A stretch of 64,000 bases of DNA, from the NCBI GenBank assembly GCA_963693055.1, contig OY843751.1, forward strand, positions 352,001 through 416,000, read 5' to 3'. This document shows positions 1 to 10,757 of the stretch, piece after piece. Both the position numbers and the translations under genes were made by a program. The DNA comes from a bacterium (lineage in GTDB: Bacteria > Zhuqueibacterota > Zhuqueibacteria > Residuimicrobiales > Krinioviventaceae). The notes below the pieces were generated by a model. The model ran no database searches. It had not been told where the DNA came from and worked only from the letters and a program-made list of their open reading frames with translations. Within the stretch, counting starts at the first letter, position 1, and every line of letters starts with the position of its first letter.

Positions 1-803
1 TCCCAAAAGATACAATCCTGTGCCATGGGATTGTTCCACTGAAAACCTCTCTGTTTGACTCTGATTCCCAGGCCACCCCAGGGTTCTCCTTTTTGTACAG
101 TCACACTGCCATCAATATCACCAATTTTAACATCTTTGCGTGGATAATATTTTACCTTGTCGTCTTCTCCAAGGTATTCGAGGTCTTGGGCATCATTGGC
201 AACAAAATAGGCTTCTAAATCTGCTTTAATTTGGCCACGACCAAAACGGCCATCCCATTCGCCCGCCCAATGCGTTTGGCGTCCTGTATAAAGCCAGCCG
301 TGTGTTGGCCATGAATCCGGGTCATTGCTTAATGCCGGGGTTTCGCTGGCATTGTTCATATAGCCTGGAACCGGATGAAAGCCCCATTCCACCTGACCGG
401 TAGGGTCTCGATCCATTTCTTCTCTATAATTGGTTTGGCAATAAAACAGAGTGTCAATCAGACCCTGAGCTTCCAGTGCTTTAATTTCATCAGGATCAGT
501 GACTGGAATTGAATCTTGGGTAATGCAGACAGCCGAGCTTATTAACAGGCCCATATTGTCATGCATCTTGTTTCCACCAACACCTTTTGGCCACCAAGCA
601 GTTGTAGCAACGGGATAACCACCCAATTCCGTATTGTTTTTAAAATTCAATTGAACACGGTTTCCTGACATTACACCTTCGCGCTCCAGATATGGATCGC
701 CTGCGCTGTCTTGAGGACCGTCATAATTTTTCCCCTGAGCATAGAGGTCGGTTATGCTTAGAAATAGTAATCCAAAACAAAGAATAAAAAGTTTTATCCT
801 CAT
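1..803 (-). CDS. Large secreted protein encoded downstream of the TonB-dependent receptor (3'-partial, runs off the window start)
   Basis: Not in the ORF track. Manual translation from the ATG at 803 gives MRIKLFILCFGLLFLSITDLYAQGKNYDGPQDSAGDPYLEREGVMSGNRVQLNFKNNTELGGYP...GEWDGRFGRGQIKADLEAYFVANDAQD...WGGLGIRVKQRGFQWNNPMAQDCIFW, open to base 1. It has a signal-peptide-like N-terminus and an AAAGGA SD-like motif upstream. Confidence 0.85.
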   Translation of the reverse strand, partial: MRIKLFILCFGLLFLSITDLYAQGKNYDGPQDSAGDPYLEREGVMSGNRVQLNFKNNTELGGYPVATTAWWPKGVGGNKMHDNMGLLISSAVCITQDSIPVTDPDEIKALEAQGLIDTLFYCQTNYREEMDRDPTGQVEWGFHPVPGYMNNASETPALSNDPDSWPTHGWLYTGRQTHWAGEWDGRFGRGQIKADLEAYFVANDAQDLEYLGEDDKVKYYPRKDVKIGDIDGSVTVQKGEPWGGLGIRVKQRGFQWNNPMAQDCIFW

Positions 804-864
804 AGTTAAAAATCCTTTCGAAATTCTTCCTCTCATTAGATTCACACCTTTAATTCAAAAGTTG

Positions 865-3570
865 TTAAAACGATATACCAAGGCCCAATTTAACTAATCG
901 TGGTGCAGACCAGTTTGCGGGGCTGTAAATACTTTCTTCATAAGTACTAAAGTCACTCCAAAAACCTAACAAGTCACTGGGTTTGATAATCGCCTGGTTG
1001 GTGCGTCCTGTATTCGAGTTTACATTATTTTCGTTCAAGTGATCAAAAAGATTATATACCCGTAAGGTTGCAATAAATTTGGCTCCCATAATGGTAGCAA
1101 TGTCATAATGTGCTTTTAAATCAAATTTATAGTGAGCCGGTTTGCTTGCTCCATTTGGATACAAGTTAATTCGGTTTAATGGATTTTCGCTGATTGGGCT
1201 CCATGTGTATGCAGAACCTGATCCAGCCCAACCCATTACTGTTACACCCCATTTGCTCAAGTTGTAACCTATAGACATGTTAAGAGTATGACGCTGGTCC
1301 CAACTCATTGGTATTAATGTGGGAACAGGATCCTGGCTGCTGCCAGCACGACTAAAGGTGAAAATTGGATTATCTGCATTACCCCGTGTGTATTGTAGGG
1401 TATAGTTAACTTCGGCAAAAAAGTTTGCAACATGTGCGTTGTATTTGAGTTCGAGTCCTCTTGCGTTTCCATAGTCTTTATTGCCATAGAGTCCATAACG
1501 AACAGAATTGTAGGTTGTAACAATATTAACTGTGGATAGGTTATAAATATCTCTGTACCAAAGGGCGACCTCAAGATCCATATATTCGTTAAGCGCCTGC
1601 CACAAGCCTATCTCATAGCTAACAGTCATTTCAGGATCAACATTGGGATTACCCAATGTGGTTTCGTAATCTGCTGGTGAGATTACATAAGAGCTGTTGA
1701 GATACATGGTGCTATGTGGGGGATATTGATAAAAGTGGCCATAGCTAAAACGCAGCAATGCTGTTTCACCCAGTTTATAAGATAAGCCTAAACGTGGGGC
1801 TATATTCATTTTAGCTTTTGCTTTTGGATATGTACTAACCCAATCTTCTGTACCTTCTTTTTGAAGCAAGTTACTGGGGTTTCTATAGTTGGAAGGGTAG
1901 GTTGTATTTGGATCAAAGTATTCACCTCTGACACCCAAATCAATAACCATGTTGTTATATTCCATTTTGTCTGAAATCCAACCAGCAAATTGATAGGGTT
2001 TCTTTTGGTAACTGTCGGTGTATACTGTTGAATCGGATGGTAACTCTGGTGCGTAAAGGAAATCTGACGCTGATGTGTTTCTATAATAATTTAATATGGA
2101 ACCGTTTAAATAATCATAATCAAATTGTTCACCCTGAAAACCCGCTTCAATATTATGATTATAGTTAGCCTGCCAGGTTATGTCAAAACGACCGAGCAAT
2201 TTTTTACTTGTTGTTTTGGAATAGCCTTTATCTTGACCACCTGTAACAAATCCAGTATATGATGAATTTGTTGAAAAAGAGTCATGAATGTAGCGACTAT
2301 CTTGTGGATCTTCATATAGATAACTGCCCCCCATATCTTTTGAATATGAAACTTTGATTTCATAAAACAATTCCGGGTTTAAAATATGGTTCAACTGGTA
2401 GGTCAGCATCTGACTTTTATTGTGGCTTCTACTACGACCATCGGGTTTATATTTTCTGGAATGGTTGTAAGATTGTCCTTCACTTTGGTTGCGTAAATAC
2501 ATTAATGACATTTTCAAGTTTTGCATCTTGTATGTCAGCTTGCCGTTGAAATTTATAGATTCGGACCAGCTCATGGGAACATATTCATTGTCACCGGTAT
2601 TTTCGTTATAAAGGTAAGCGCCGGTTTCAGGATCATATGAAGTACTGTCTTGATATAAGCTATAATCTGGTTGATCCGTTACGTTGAACCTTCTGACTCC
2701 ATTTAAATAACCATCATTATCCTGGACTCTGGCACTTGTAAAAAATGTCAGTTTGTCGCCAAATACAGGGCCGTGTAACATTACTTTATAATCTTCATTT
2801 CGGTCCATTTGAGAAGGTTTAAGGCCCATATAAACATCATCATGGGTGGTAAAATAGTTACCTAAATACCCTTCAATTTTACCATGAAAATCTTTACCGC
2901 CTTCTTTTGTAACTGCATTAACAATACCGCTCATCGCCTGTCCGTATTTGGCGCTGAACGTACCCGTAATGACTTCAACTTCCTGGACCGCATCCGGATC
3001 GATCTCTATCATTTGTCCTCTGTTGAGTCCATTATTGACAGACATACCATCGATCAAGTAGCTTGTCTCATTACTGCGACCACCGCGAAAGTGGCCCTGA
3101 ACAACACCTGGTTGCATAGCGACAACACTTCCAGTGCTTTCAACAGGAAGAACATTAATATCTTCTGATGATACATTTCGAATTGAACTCGTTTGGTCTT
3201 TTTTGATAGCAACGCGGTCTGCGGAAACGATAATTTCTTCACCAAGATCCAAAGCTTCCTGGCTCAGAGTCGTTGATAAAGTTAAGGTACGGTTAACAGA
3301 TACTTGCACATCTGTAATAAGTTTTGTTGCATACCCAATGCACATAAACTTGATTGTATACTTGCCCGGAGGAACATTCAAAATAAAGTAGTTTCCCTCG
3401 ATATTTGAAGCTCCACCTAAATAGGTGCCATCGACCATAACGTTAACACCTACAAGAGGCTCCCCTGTTTCAACATCTTTAATGGATCCGGCGATTTTAC
3501 CGGTTGTCTGTGAAAATATATTTCCAGACAAACATAAAAGAAGGAGAAAACCAATGGTGAATCTTTTCAT
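865..3570 (-). CDS. TonB-dependent receptor with N-terminal carboxypeptidase-regulatory-like domain
   Basis: Signal peptide; GKIAGSIKDVETGEPLVGVNV N-domain; plug motifs FRGGRSNETSYLIDG and EVITGTFSAKYGQAMSGIVN; C-terminal PRLVKLGLGISF ending in Phe. Confidence 0.93.
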   Translation of the reverse strand: MKRFTIGFLLLLCLSGNIFSQTTGKIAGSIKDVETGEPLVGVNVMVDGTYLGGASNIEGNYFILNVPPGKYTIKFMCIGYATKLITDVQVSVNRTLTLSTTLSQEALDLGEEIIVSADRVAIKKDQTSSIRNVSSEDINVLPVESTGSVVAMQPGVVQGHFRGGRSNETSYLIDGMSVNNGLNRGQMIEIDPDAVQEVEVITGTFSAKYGQAMSGIVNAVTKEGGKDFHGKIEGYLGNYFTTHDDVYMGLKPSQMDRNEDYKVMLHGPVFGDKLTFFTSARVQDNDGYLNGVRRFNVTDQPDYSLYQDSTSYDPETGAYLYNENTGDNEYVPMSWSESINFNGKLTYKMQNLKMSLMYLRNQSEGQSYNHSRKYKPDGRSRSHNKSQMLTYQLNHILNPELFYEIKVSYSKDMGGSYLYEDPQDSRYIHDSFSTNSSYTGFVTGGQDKGYSKTTSKKLLGRFDITWQANYNHNIEAGFQGEQFDYDYLNGSILNYYRNTSASDFLYAPELPSDSTVYTDSYQKKPYQFAGWISDKMEYNNMVIDLGVRGEYFDPNTTYPSNYRNPSNLLQKEGTEDWVSTYPKAKAKMNIAPRLGLSYKLGETALLRFSYGHFYQYPPHSTMYLNSSYVISPADYETTLGNPNVDPEMTVSYEIGLWQALNEYMDLEVALWYRDIYNLSTVNIVTTYNSVRYGLYGNKDYGNARGLELKYNAHVANFFAEVNYTLQYTRGNADNPIFTFSRAGSSQDPVPTLIPMSWDQRHTLNMSIGYNLSKWGVTVMGWAGSGSAYTWSPISENPLNRINLYPNGASKPAHYKFDLKAHYDIATIMGAKFIATLRVYNLFDHLNENNVNSNTGRTNQAIIKPSDLLGFWSDFSTYEESIYSPANWSAPRLVKLGLGISF

Positions 3571-3707
3571 AAACCAATCCTTTCCTTATTCTTTTTTTTA
3601 TTCTATATTCTTTATTGATTTTCATTTTACTCCTCGAAAAATATTGATATATACGATGCATCATTAAATATTTATGATAAACAAGGTGCTATTAAATAAT
3701 TTTAAAA

Positions 3708-3723
3708 GCTAAAACGTTTTAGC
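3708..3723. promoter_or_regulatory. Candidate LacI-family operator
   Basis: Perfect 16-bp palindrome GCTAAAACGTTTTAGC with a central CG, about 140 bp upstream of the TonB receptor start. A LacI gene lies in the same locus. Confidence 0.7.
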
Positions 3724-3920
3724 AAAACAGTTAAAAAAAATATTACAACAAAATCAAATTTTTATTTATAGAAACTGTATTGCTCATGGTGATTTTTACA
3801 TATTGAAAAGTTTATGTTAAAAGCAGTTAATAAAATCACTTTGTTAATTCTTAAACCTTGCTTCAATGCGGTAAATTTTGTGATTAAGATAATATTTTTT
3901 AAATAAATCAAATAGAATAG

Positions 3921-3952
3921 ATGTATCAATTACTGCAAGAAATGTATCAATT
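3921..3952 (-). promoter_or_regulatory. Candidate HTCS/AraC-type binding site (direct repeat)
   Basis: ATGTATCAATT at 3921-3931 and again at 3942-3952, 21 bp start to start (two helical turns), upstream of the receptor and next to the HTCS gene. Confidence 0.65.
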
Positions 3953-4156
3953 TAGAAAAATGTGGTTATGAATATAAATTGAATCGTTTTTATATTAATC
4001 CACTAAACTTTTTTCAAAAATTTTGTTATTTGATGGATTAATAATCACAGCAGAAAAAGTATGAGGATGGAAATGGTTTGTTGTATATATAGTTGCAATA
4101 CATATATCAGGTTATACATATTGTTCTGTGGGAATTGAGTTTATGATAAGCTAAAA

Positions 4157-6973
4157 TTAATTGTTGAAATTTTTTTGATAATCTGAAGGTTTTACTTTAA
4201 ATGCATTTTTAAAACACTTTGTAAAATAAGAAGGGGTTTCAAAACCGACTTTGAAGGCGATTTCAGAAATGGTCAAGTCTGAATTTTTCAAGAGGTCTGA
4301 TGCTTTGTGCAATTGTATGGTTTTTATAAATTCACTTGGAGCAAGACCGGTAATTGTTTTGATTTTCCGATAAAAAGTTAGCCGGTTCATACCAAATGTT
4401 TTACCTAAATTTTCAACAGATAAATTTGAATCCAAAATATGAATTTCCGCCTGTGCAATAACTTTTTGAAGAAATTCTTTGTCAAGATCTTTGATGCGGG
4501 GTTCATTTTTAAAGAACAAAATATCTTTGGAAAAATGTTCTTTAATCTTCTCTCTGTTTTTTATAATATTTTTTAATTTTAATTCAAGGATTTTGAAATT
4601 GAAAGGCTTTGTAATATAATAATCAGCACCGCATTCAAGACCTTCTATTTTATTTTCTTCAGTTGTTCTGGCAGAGAGTAAAATTATAGGAATGTGACTT
4701 GTATCTATGTCTGATTTTAATAATCTTGTCATCTCATTGCCATCCATTATGGGCATCATTATATCGCTAATAATAATATTGGGTTTATATTTTTTTGCTA
4801 ATGCGAGACCCTCTTTACCATTGTATGCTGCAATGATCACAAAATCTTTGACAAAATTATCTTTCAACATCTGGACAACATCTTTATTATCTTCGACAAC
4901 GAGTAATACTTCTGCATTATCATCAATAACATTTATTTGATTGACGGTTTGCTCCGGTAAATATTCAAATTCCTCAGAAACAAGGTGCTCAAAGGAATTT
5001 AAAGCTGTCAGGTCATTTCTAATTTCATTGTTTTTATATGCAGCAGCATTCGTAGGCAGTTGAATGGTAAATGTGCTGCCTTTATTGACCTCACTTTTTA
5101 CACTTATATTTCCATGATGCAGTGTCACAATTCTCTTGCTAAAGGCCAATCCTATACCTGTACTTGCTATTGAAGAATATCCATTTTGGTCAAAATTATG
5201 AAACTGCTCAAATACAAGTTCAAGTTCATTCTCAGGTATTCCAATGCCAGTATCTTTAACACTAATTTCGATGCATTTACTATTATCTTTAACGCAATCA
5301 CTATATATTACACTTAGAGTAATCTCTCCATTGTCTGGGGTAAATTTGAATGCGTTTGAAAGAAGATTGAAAACAACTTTTTCAAATTTTATAGCATCAA
5401 TAAAAACATTCATTTGCTCATGTTGAGCATAAAAGTTTAAATTAATATTTTTTATTTCTGCCGAGCTTTCAAAATAATTAAATATATCTTTTAAAAAACT
5501 TACAATATCATGTTCATCAATATTTAGAGAAACTTTCTGAGCTTCAATTTTTCGAAAATCCATTAATTCGTTAATGAGTTTTAATAATCTTTCAGCGTTT
5601 TTATTTAAAATGTTTAACTGTTTGGTAATATAATTGTCCTTGATATTTAAATTTTTTAATTGATCAAGGGTCCCTAAAATAAGAGTAAGAGGAGTACGGA
5701 ATTCATGAGAAATGTTTGTAAAAAATTGAATTTTAAATTCATTCGCTTTTTTTACAGTTTCTTGCATCTGATATAACTCGTCACGCTGCTTTTCAAGTTC
5801 AATTAAATGTTCTTCAATTGCCAGATTTTTTTCATTTAATTTACGATTCATCATTTTATTGATCTGTAAAGAACGGAACAGTAAAAAAAGAAAAGCAGCC
5901 AGCAAAAAAATGGCTGTAACAAGTGTAAAAATAAAATTTCGCTGCGAATTGTATTGAATGAATAAGCTGTTCAAGATTTGATTTTGAGTTTCAATTTTGG
6001 ATCGGATATTATGTATTTGATCTGATTTTATTTGCAACAATTTTGCATTTGTTGAATCAACAAGAATAGATTCCAGGCTAATATTTTTATCAACTGTATC
6101 TCCAATTAATATTTTAAATGCTGTTTGAATAGCTACATCACCACCTGTGGGATAAAGTATAGAGGCATCTAATTTGTTATCCATTACCATTTGAATGCCA
6201 CCACCATCACCAGGTAAAGCATCAATGCCGATAAATTTAATGTTTTGAGATAATTTCAATTCATTTAGAATGTTATATGCATGAATTGCAATTGCATCGT
6301 TGTGAGCAAATACCAGGTCAATGTCTGGGTGTTTTTTTATAGCATTTGAAATAAGTGTATTGAATTTTTCTTGATCAATAACAGCCCAATTATTATGTTT
6401 GCAGTTTATTAATTCTAAATTGTCACCTGTTCTTATGGCATCAGCAAACCCGGCTTTTCTTTCACGAGCCGGAGAAGATCCTGACAGTCCACAAATTTCA
6501 AGTATTTTTCCATTTGGCTTTATGAGATTTAATGCGTACGAACCTGCAAGATAACCAATTTTATAATTATCTGCACCAATATAGGTATTGTATGAATCGC
6601 TATTTATTTTCCGATCCAGCAAAATTACCGGAATTCCACTTTTGTAAGCTTTTTCCACAATAGGCGTTAGAGGCTCAGCTTCATTTGGTGAAACTATTAA
6701 CAAATCAACTTGCTGATCAATCAAATAAGATATGTCATTGATTTGTTTTTGATTGTTAGATTGTCCATCTAGTATTAAAAGTTTAATTTCGGGGTGTAAT
6801 GATGCTTCAAGCTTCATCTCATAATTCATTGACTGACGCCATAAATCATTGCTTACGCATTGTGAAAAACCCACAAAATATTTTTTGTTTTTTTCAGGAG
6901 AAAATTCTTTTGAACAGCCCCCCAAAAGAATTATTAAAACAAATAATAAACAATTTTTTTTCAATATTACCAT
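4157..6973 (-). CDS. Hybrid two-component system: periplasmic sugar-binding domain, histidine kinase, receiver and AraC HTH (BT1754-like architecture)
   Basis: RbsB-like domain (VGFSQCVSNDLWR, DLLIVSPNEAEPL); one TM segment; H-box FFTNISHEFRTPLTLI; N/G boxes NLLSNAFKFT and DTGIGIP; receiver IISDIMMPIMDG; AraC ISEIAFKVGFETPSYFTKCFK. Confidence 0.95.
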   Translation of the reverse strand: MVILKKNCLLFVLIILLGGCSKEFSPEKNKKYFVGFSQCVSNDLWRQSMNYEMKLEASLHPEIKLLILDGQSNNQKQINDISYLIDQQVDLLIVSPNEAEPLTPIVEKAYKSGIPVILLDRKINSDSYNTYIGADNYKIGYLAGSYALNLIKPNGKILEICGLSGSSPARERKAGFADAIRTGDNLELINCKHNNWAVIDQEKFNTLISNAIKKHPDIDLVFAHNDAIAIHAYNILNELKLSQNIKFIGIDALPGDGGGIQMVMDNKLDASILYPTGGDVAIQTAFKILIGDTVDKNISLESILVDSTNAKLLQIKSDQIHNIRSKIETQNQILNSLFIQYNSQRNFIFTLVTAIFLLAAFLFLLFRSLQINKMMNRKLNEKNLAIEEHLIELEKQRDELYQMQETVKKANEFKIQFFTNISHEFRTPLTLILGTLDQLKNLNIKDNYITKQLNILNKNAERLLKLINELMDFRKIEAQKVSLNIDEHDIVSFLKDIFNYFESSAEIKNINLNFYAQHEQMNVFIDAIKFEKVVFNLLSNAFKFTPDNGEITLSVIYSDCVKDNSKCIEISVKDTGIGIPENELELVFEQFHNFDQNGYSSIASTGIGLAFSKRIVTLHHGNISVKSEVNKGSTFTIQLPTNAAAYKNNEIRNDLTALNSFEHLVSEEFEYLPEQTVNQINVIDDNAEVLLVVEDNKDVVQMLKDNFVKDFVIIAAYNGKEGLALAKKYKPNIIISDIMMPIMDGNEMTRLLKSDIDTSHIPIILLSARTTEENKIEGLECGADYYITKPFNFKILELKLKNIIKNREKIKEHFSKDILFFKNEPRIKDLDKEFLQKVIAQAEIHILDSNLSVENLGKTFGMNRLTFYRKIKTITGLAPSEFIKTIQLHKASDLLKNSDLTISEIAFKVGFETPSYFTKCFKNAFKVKPSDYQKNFNN

Positions 6974-7236
6974 TACGTATTACTCAAATATTAATTCAAT
7001 AATTGCAATAGCATATCAGTCATTACATCCATAGAATATAAACAGTATCATGTTAATATTCAGGGTGAAAAAACATAGTGAAATTCGCTCAAAAAAACAA
7101 GTATAGTTTAATCCACTGGATTTATTCCGGAAAATTGAAAAATCGATATTCGGAGAGGAAAAGGTTAGATTCCCGATAAAGATTAAGTGATTTTACAGGC
7201 AGATGGTCAAAAAAAGAAATCAAGAGCTGGGTAGTA

Positions 7237-8253
7237 TTATTTACATGAAGCCCTGAAAATAAAATCTACTTCCAGTTCAATATTTTCTATTATATCTCCA
7301 TTGTACTTGTTTTCAATTGTATTCATTAATATTCGAACCGCATCTTTACTCATTTGCTCAATGGGCTGTACTATAGCGCTGATAGGTGTATACGATACCT
7401 TGAATGCAATTGGATCATCGTAACTGATAACTGACATTTTGTTGGAAATATCTACATTCAATTCTTTCAGACATTCAACACCCATTAGCCCCAGTTTATT
7501 GGTGGTAAATAGAATTGCATCGGCTTGTTTTTGAATAACGTCTTTGATTGCTTCCATTAAAACATCTTTTTGATGGCTGAAATCAAGATGTTTGATGATT
7601 GAGTGATTTACATTAATGCCATTGTCTTTTAAAGCATCAAGAAAACCTTCTTCTCTTTGCCTCATATGAATCAATTCAGGGATTATATTAATAAGCGCAA
7701 TATTTTTTCTGTTATTGGCTAAAAGTCGTTCTGTAGCTTTATAACTTGATTTATGATTATCGATCATTACCGAATGTGTATTGGGTATGTTAAAGATTCT
7801 GTCTACAATAACAAAAGGGATGTTTTGTTCTTGTAATTCAATTATTTCCTTTTCACTTCCATGAGGCGGTGTAATAATAAATCCATCGACCTGGCCATTT
7901 TTTAAAACTTTTAATTGGTTGGAAAATTTTGACAAGTTTTCATCCGAGTTTCCCAAAATGACATGATAGTTGTATTTAGAGGCTTCAATTTCGACATGTC
8001 GGGTCATGGTTGCAAAAAAAGGATTTGATATGTCAGCTACTATGAGTCCTAACGTTCTTGATTTGCCATGTCTTAAACTTTTTGCAAGATAATTTGGGGT
8101 GTAATTCATTTTTTTAGCAACTTTTAAGACTTTGGCTGTCATTTCATCGCTAATTCTTTTTTCTTTACTTTTACCATTGAGTACAAATGATACAAGTGAG
8201 GTTGAAACCCCAAGTTGTTTTGCAATATCTTTAATTGTGCTTTTGGTTTGCAT
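7237..8253 (-). CDS. LacI-family transcriptional regulator
   Basis: TIKDIAKQLGVSTSLVSFVLNG HTH; YTPNYLAKSL hinge; periplasmic-binding-like C-terminal domain. Confidence 0.95.
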   Translation of the reverse strand: MQTKSTIKDIAKQLGVSTSLVSFVLNGKSKEKRISDEMTAKVLKVAKKMNYTPNYLAKSLRHGKSRTLGLIVADISNPFFATMTRHVEIEASKYNYHVILGNSDENLSKFSNQLKVLKNGQVDGFIITPPHGSEKEIIELQEQNIPFVIVDRIFNIPNTHSVMIDNHKSSYKATERLLANNRKNIALINIIPELIHMRQREEGFLDALKDNGINVNHSIIKHLDFSHQKDVLMEAIKDVIQKQADAILFTTNKLGLMGVECLKELNVDISNKMSVISYDDPIAFKVSYTPISAIVQPIEQMSKDAVRILMNTIENKYNGDIIENIELEVDFIFRASCK

Positions 8254-8752
8254 AATAAAATTTATTCACCAATTGATTGCCAGTAAAGTATAAATATCTA
8301 TTTAAAAGAATCGGGATTAATAAATTTTTCTAGTTGCTCATTTACTTTTTGTGTTTTTTTAAATCAATGTCTGTTCCAAAAAATGTTACGTGTTAACGTT
8401 TATAAAAAATTATAAATGTGCAGAATGTTATTAATGATTTTTCAATTTTTCTTGATACAATATTTATTAACAAATGTTAGGATAATATAAATAAAAGCTG
8501 GAGAAAGCCCGCAAAAAAAAATACAATTAAAACTATTTTGCAACCATTGTGCAAATAAATATATTTTATTTAAAAATTAAACTCTAAATGTCATACAAAT
8601 TAGAATATAATAATATTTTTATAATAAAGATTTAATTAACAATTAATAAAGAAGAAAAGCAAGAAAAAATAATTTTAAATTTAAATTGCTTTAGCAATAT
8701 TGCTTTAAATTAAATCTTTTTTGTTTAGAATTGGGATTATTTTCTTTTGGGG

Positions 8753-8780
8753 ACAAGGCCCTTTTTTTAAAGGGCCTTGT
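8753..8780. terminator. Intrinsic terminator after pgm
   Basis: ACAAGGCCCTTT...AAAGGGCCTTGT hairpin about 35 bp past the pgm stop. Confidence 0.7.
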
Positions 8781-8815
8781 TATAATGAATTTAATTGGTT
8801 CAATTTCTCACATCT

Positions 8816-10453
8816 CTAAAAAACAGAAGCTACAAGGGATTTTGCTTCATTCTGAATTTTTTCTAAATGCGCTTTACCCTTGAAACTTTCGGCATAAATT
8901 TTATAAATTTCTTCAGTGCCGGAAGGACGAGCTGCAAACCAGCCATTTTCGGTGACGACTTTTAAGCCGCCAATTGCAGCGTTATTACCGGGTGCATGAG
9001 TTAATTTTTGCAGAATAGGTTCACCCGCAAACTCGCTGGCTTTTAACTGGTCTGGAGTCAGGTTCTTTAAAATTTCTTTTTGTGCTTTGGTTGCCGGCGC
9101 GTCAATGCGTTCATAAACCGGTGACCCGAATTTGTCTTCCAGAGATTGATAGATTTTGCCGGGATCCCGCTCGGTTTTGGCCAGTATTTCGGCAGCCAAC
9201 AGGTCCATAATAATACCGTCTTTATCTGTTGTCCAGGTTGTTCCATTCTTACGTAGAAAAGAAGCCCCAGCGCTTTCTTCACCACCAAAGCCATAAGAAC
9301 TATCGATTAGTCCATCAACAAACCATTTGAATCCGACCGGCACTTCGGATATTTTCCGCTTGAGATGAGCTGCCACACGGTCAAGCATTGAGCTGGAAAC
9401 CAGGGTCTTACCAATTGCAGCATCTTGCCGCCATTCCGGACGATTTTGGAACAAGTACCAAACGGCAACCGCAAGATAGTGATTGGGGTTCATCAAACCG
9501 CTGCTTTGGGTTACAATTCCGTGTCTGTCATAATCCGGGTCATTACCAAAAGCGATGTCGAATTTTTCTTTCAGTTTTATCAGGCCTGCCATTGCAAAAG
9601 GCGATGAACAATCCATTCGGATTTTTCCATCTTTGTCTAATGTCATAAAAGAAAATGTTGGATCAACATATGGATTTACGACCTCGATATTTAGCTTGTA
9701 TTTTTCAGCAATCGGTTCCCAATAGGCAATGCCGGCACCACCCATGGGATCAACCCCAATTTTTAATCCGGCAGACTGAATGGCATCCATGTCAACGATG
9801 TTTGCCAGATCATTTACATAGGGTTGAACGAGATCAAGATGTTGCACATTTTCTGCTTTTAGTGCTTTTTCGTAGAGCATGCGTTTAACATCTTTTAAAT
9901 CATTTTTCAGGATTTCATTGGCGCGTTTCTGAATTACACTAGTAGTAGCCGTGTCTGCAGGACCGCCATGAGGGGGATTGTATTTGAATCCTCCATCTTC
10001 TGGTGGATTGTGCGATGGTGTAATAACAACCCCATCTGCCAGACCTGAGGTTTTTCCCTTGTTGAAATTTAGAATTGCATGAGAGATGACGGGGGTGGGT
10101 GTAAAGCCAAGACCTTTTTGAATGATTACTTGCAGGTCATTTGCCGCAAAAACCTGAAGCGCTGTTGCAAACGCTGCCTCAGACAGTGCGTGGGTATCCT
10201 TTCCGATGAAAATGGGACCCTTTATGTCATTTTGATTTCTGTATTCACAAATGGCTTGTGAAACAGCAAGGATATGCGATTCTGTAAAGGTTTTTTTTAA
10301 TGAAGAACCACGGTGTCCCGATGTGCCAAAGGAGACCAGGTTTGTGGGATTTTCAATGTCGGGTTCATATGTATAATAAGCAGAAACAAGTCCGGGAATA
10401 TTAACCAGTAATTCCCGTGGAGCGGGTTTGCCGGCAAGTTTATTTTGACTCAA
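8816..10453 (-). CDS. pgm: Phosphoglucomutase (alpha-D-glucose-1,6-bisphosphate-dependent)
   Basis: [10 protein letters not shown]; catalytic TPSHNP; metal loop NDPDYDRHG; GGEESAG; ARPSGTE; 545 aa. Confidence 0.96.
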   Translation of the reverse strand: MSQNKLAGKPAPRELLVNIPGLVSAYYTYEPDIENPTNLVSFGTSGHRGSSLKKTFTESHILAVSQAICEYRNQNDIKGPIFIGKDTHALSEAAFATALQVFAANDLQVIIQKGLGFTPTPVISHAILNFNKGKTSGLADGVVITPSHNPPEDGGFKYNPPHGGPADTATTSVIQKRANEILKNDLKDVKRMLYEKALKAENVQHLDLVQPYVNDLANIVDMDAIQSAGLKIGVDPMGGAGIAYWEPIAEKYKLNIEVVNPYVDPTFSFMTLDKDGKIRMDCSSPFAMAGLIKLKEKFDIAFGNDPDYDRHGIVTQSSGLMNPNHYLAVAVWYLFQNRPEWRQDAAIGKTLVSSSMLDRVAAHLKRKISEVPVGFKWFVDGLIDSSYGFGGEESAGASFLRKNGTTWTTDKDGIIMDLLAAEILAKTERDPGKIYQSLEDKFGSPVYERIDAPATKAQKEILKNLTPDQLKASEFAGEPILQKLTHAPGNNAAIGGLKVVTENGWFAARPSGTEEIYKIYAESFKGKAHLEKIQNEAKSLVASVF

Positions 10454-10722
10454 TTGTAACTCCTTATTTTTTAAATTTTATATATTCAACTGTACTTTGA
10501 AAGTTCAGATTCAGGTTATTTAAAAATAAGGGATACATCTTGAAAAAACAATTGATAATTGAAATTTCTTGATGAATTGAGCATACCTGGTCTATATTGG
10601 GTAAGAGTATATGAGAAGAATTTTGCTCGAGTGCTGGTTTTCCGCAATCCAAACGATTCCCGGAGCTTTTTTGTCTGAATTAAAATTCGTAGGATTAAGG
10701 GATTATAGGATTGAAAAGCACC

Positions 10723-10747
10723 CGTTACAGAGATAGTCTCCGTCACG
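10723..10747. repeat. Degenerate REP-like palindrome (same family as 32080-32110)
   Basis: CGTTACAGAGA-TAG-TCTCCGTCACG compared with CGTGACAGAGA-CCC-TCTCTGTCACG: 20 of 22 arm positions are identical. Confidence 0.6.
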
Positions 10748-10757
10748 AGTTAAATGT

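Noticed and set aside
10464-10746. Small minus-strand ORFs upstream of pgm as leader peptides
   Set aside because: Non-ATG or weak starts, overlap with promoter and repeat sequence, and no recognisable motif.
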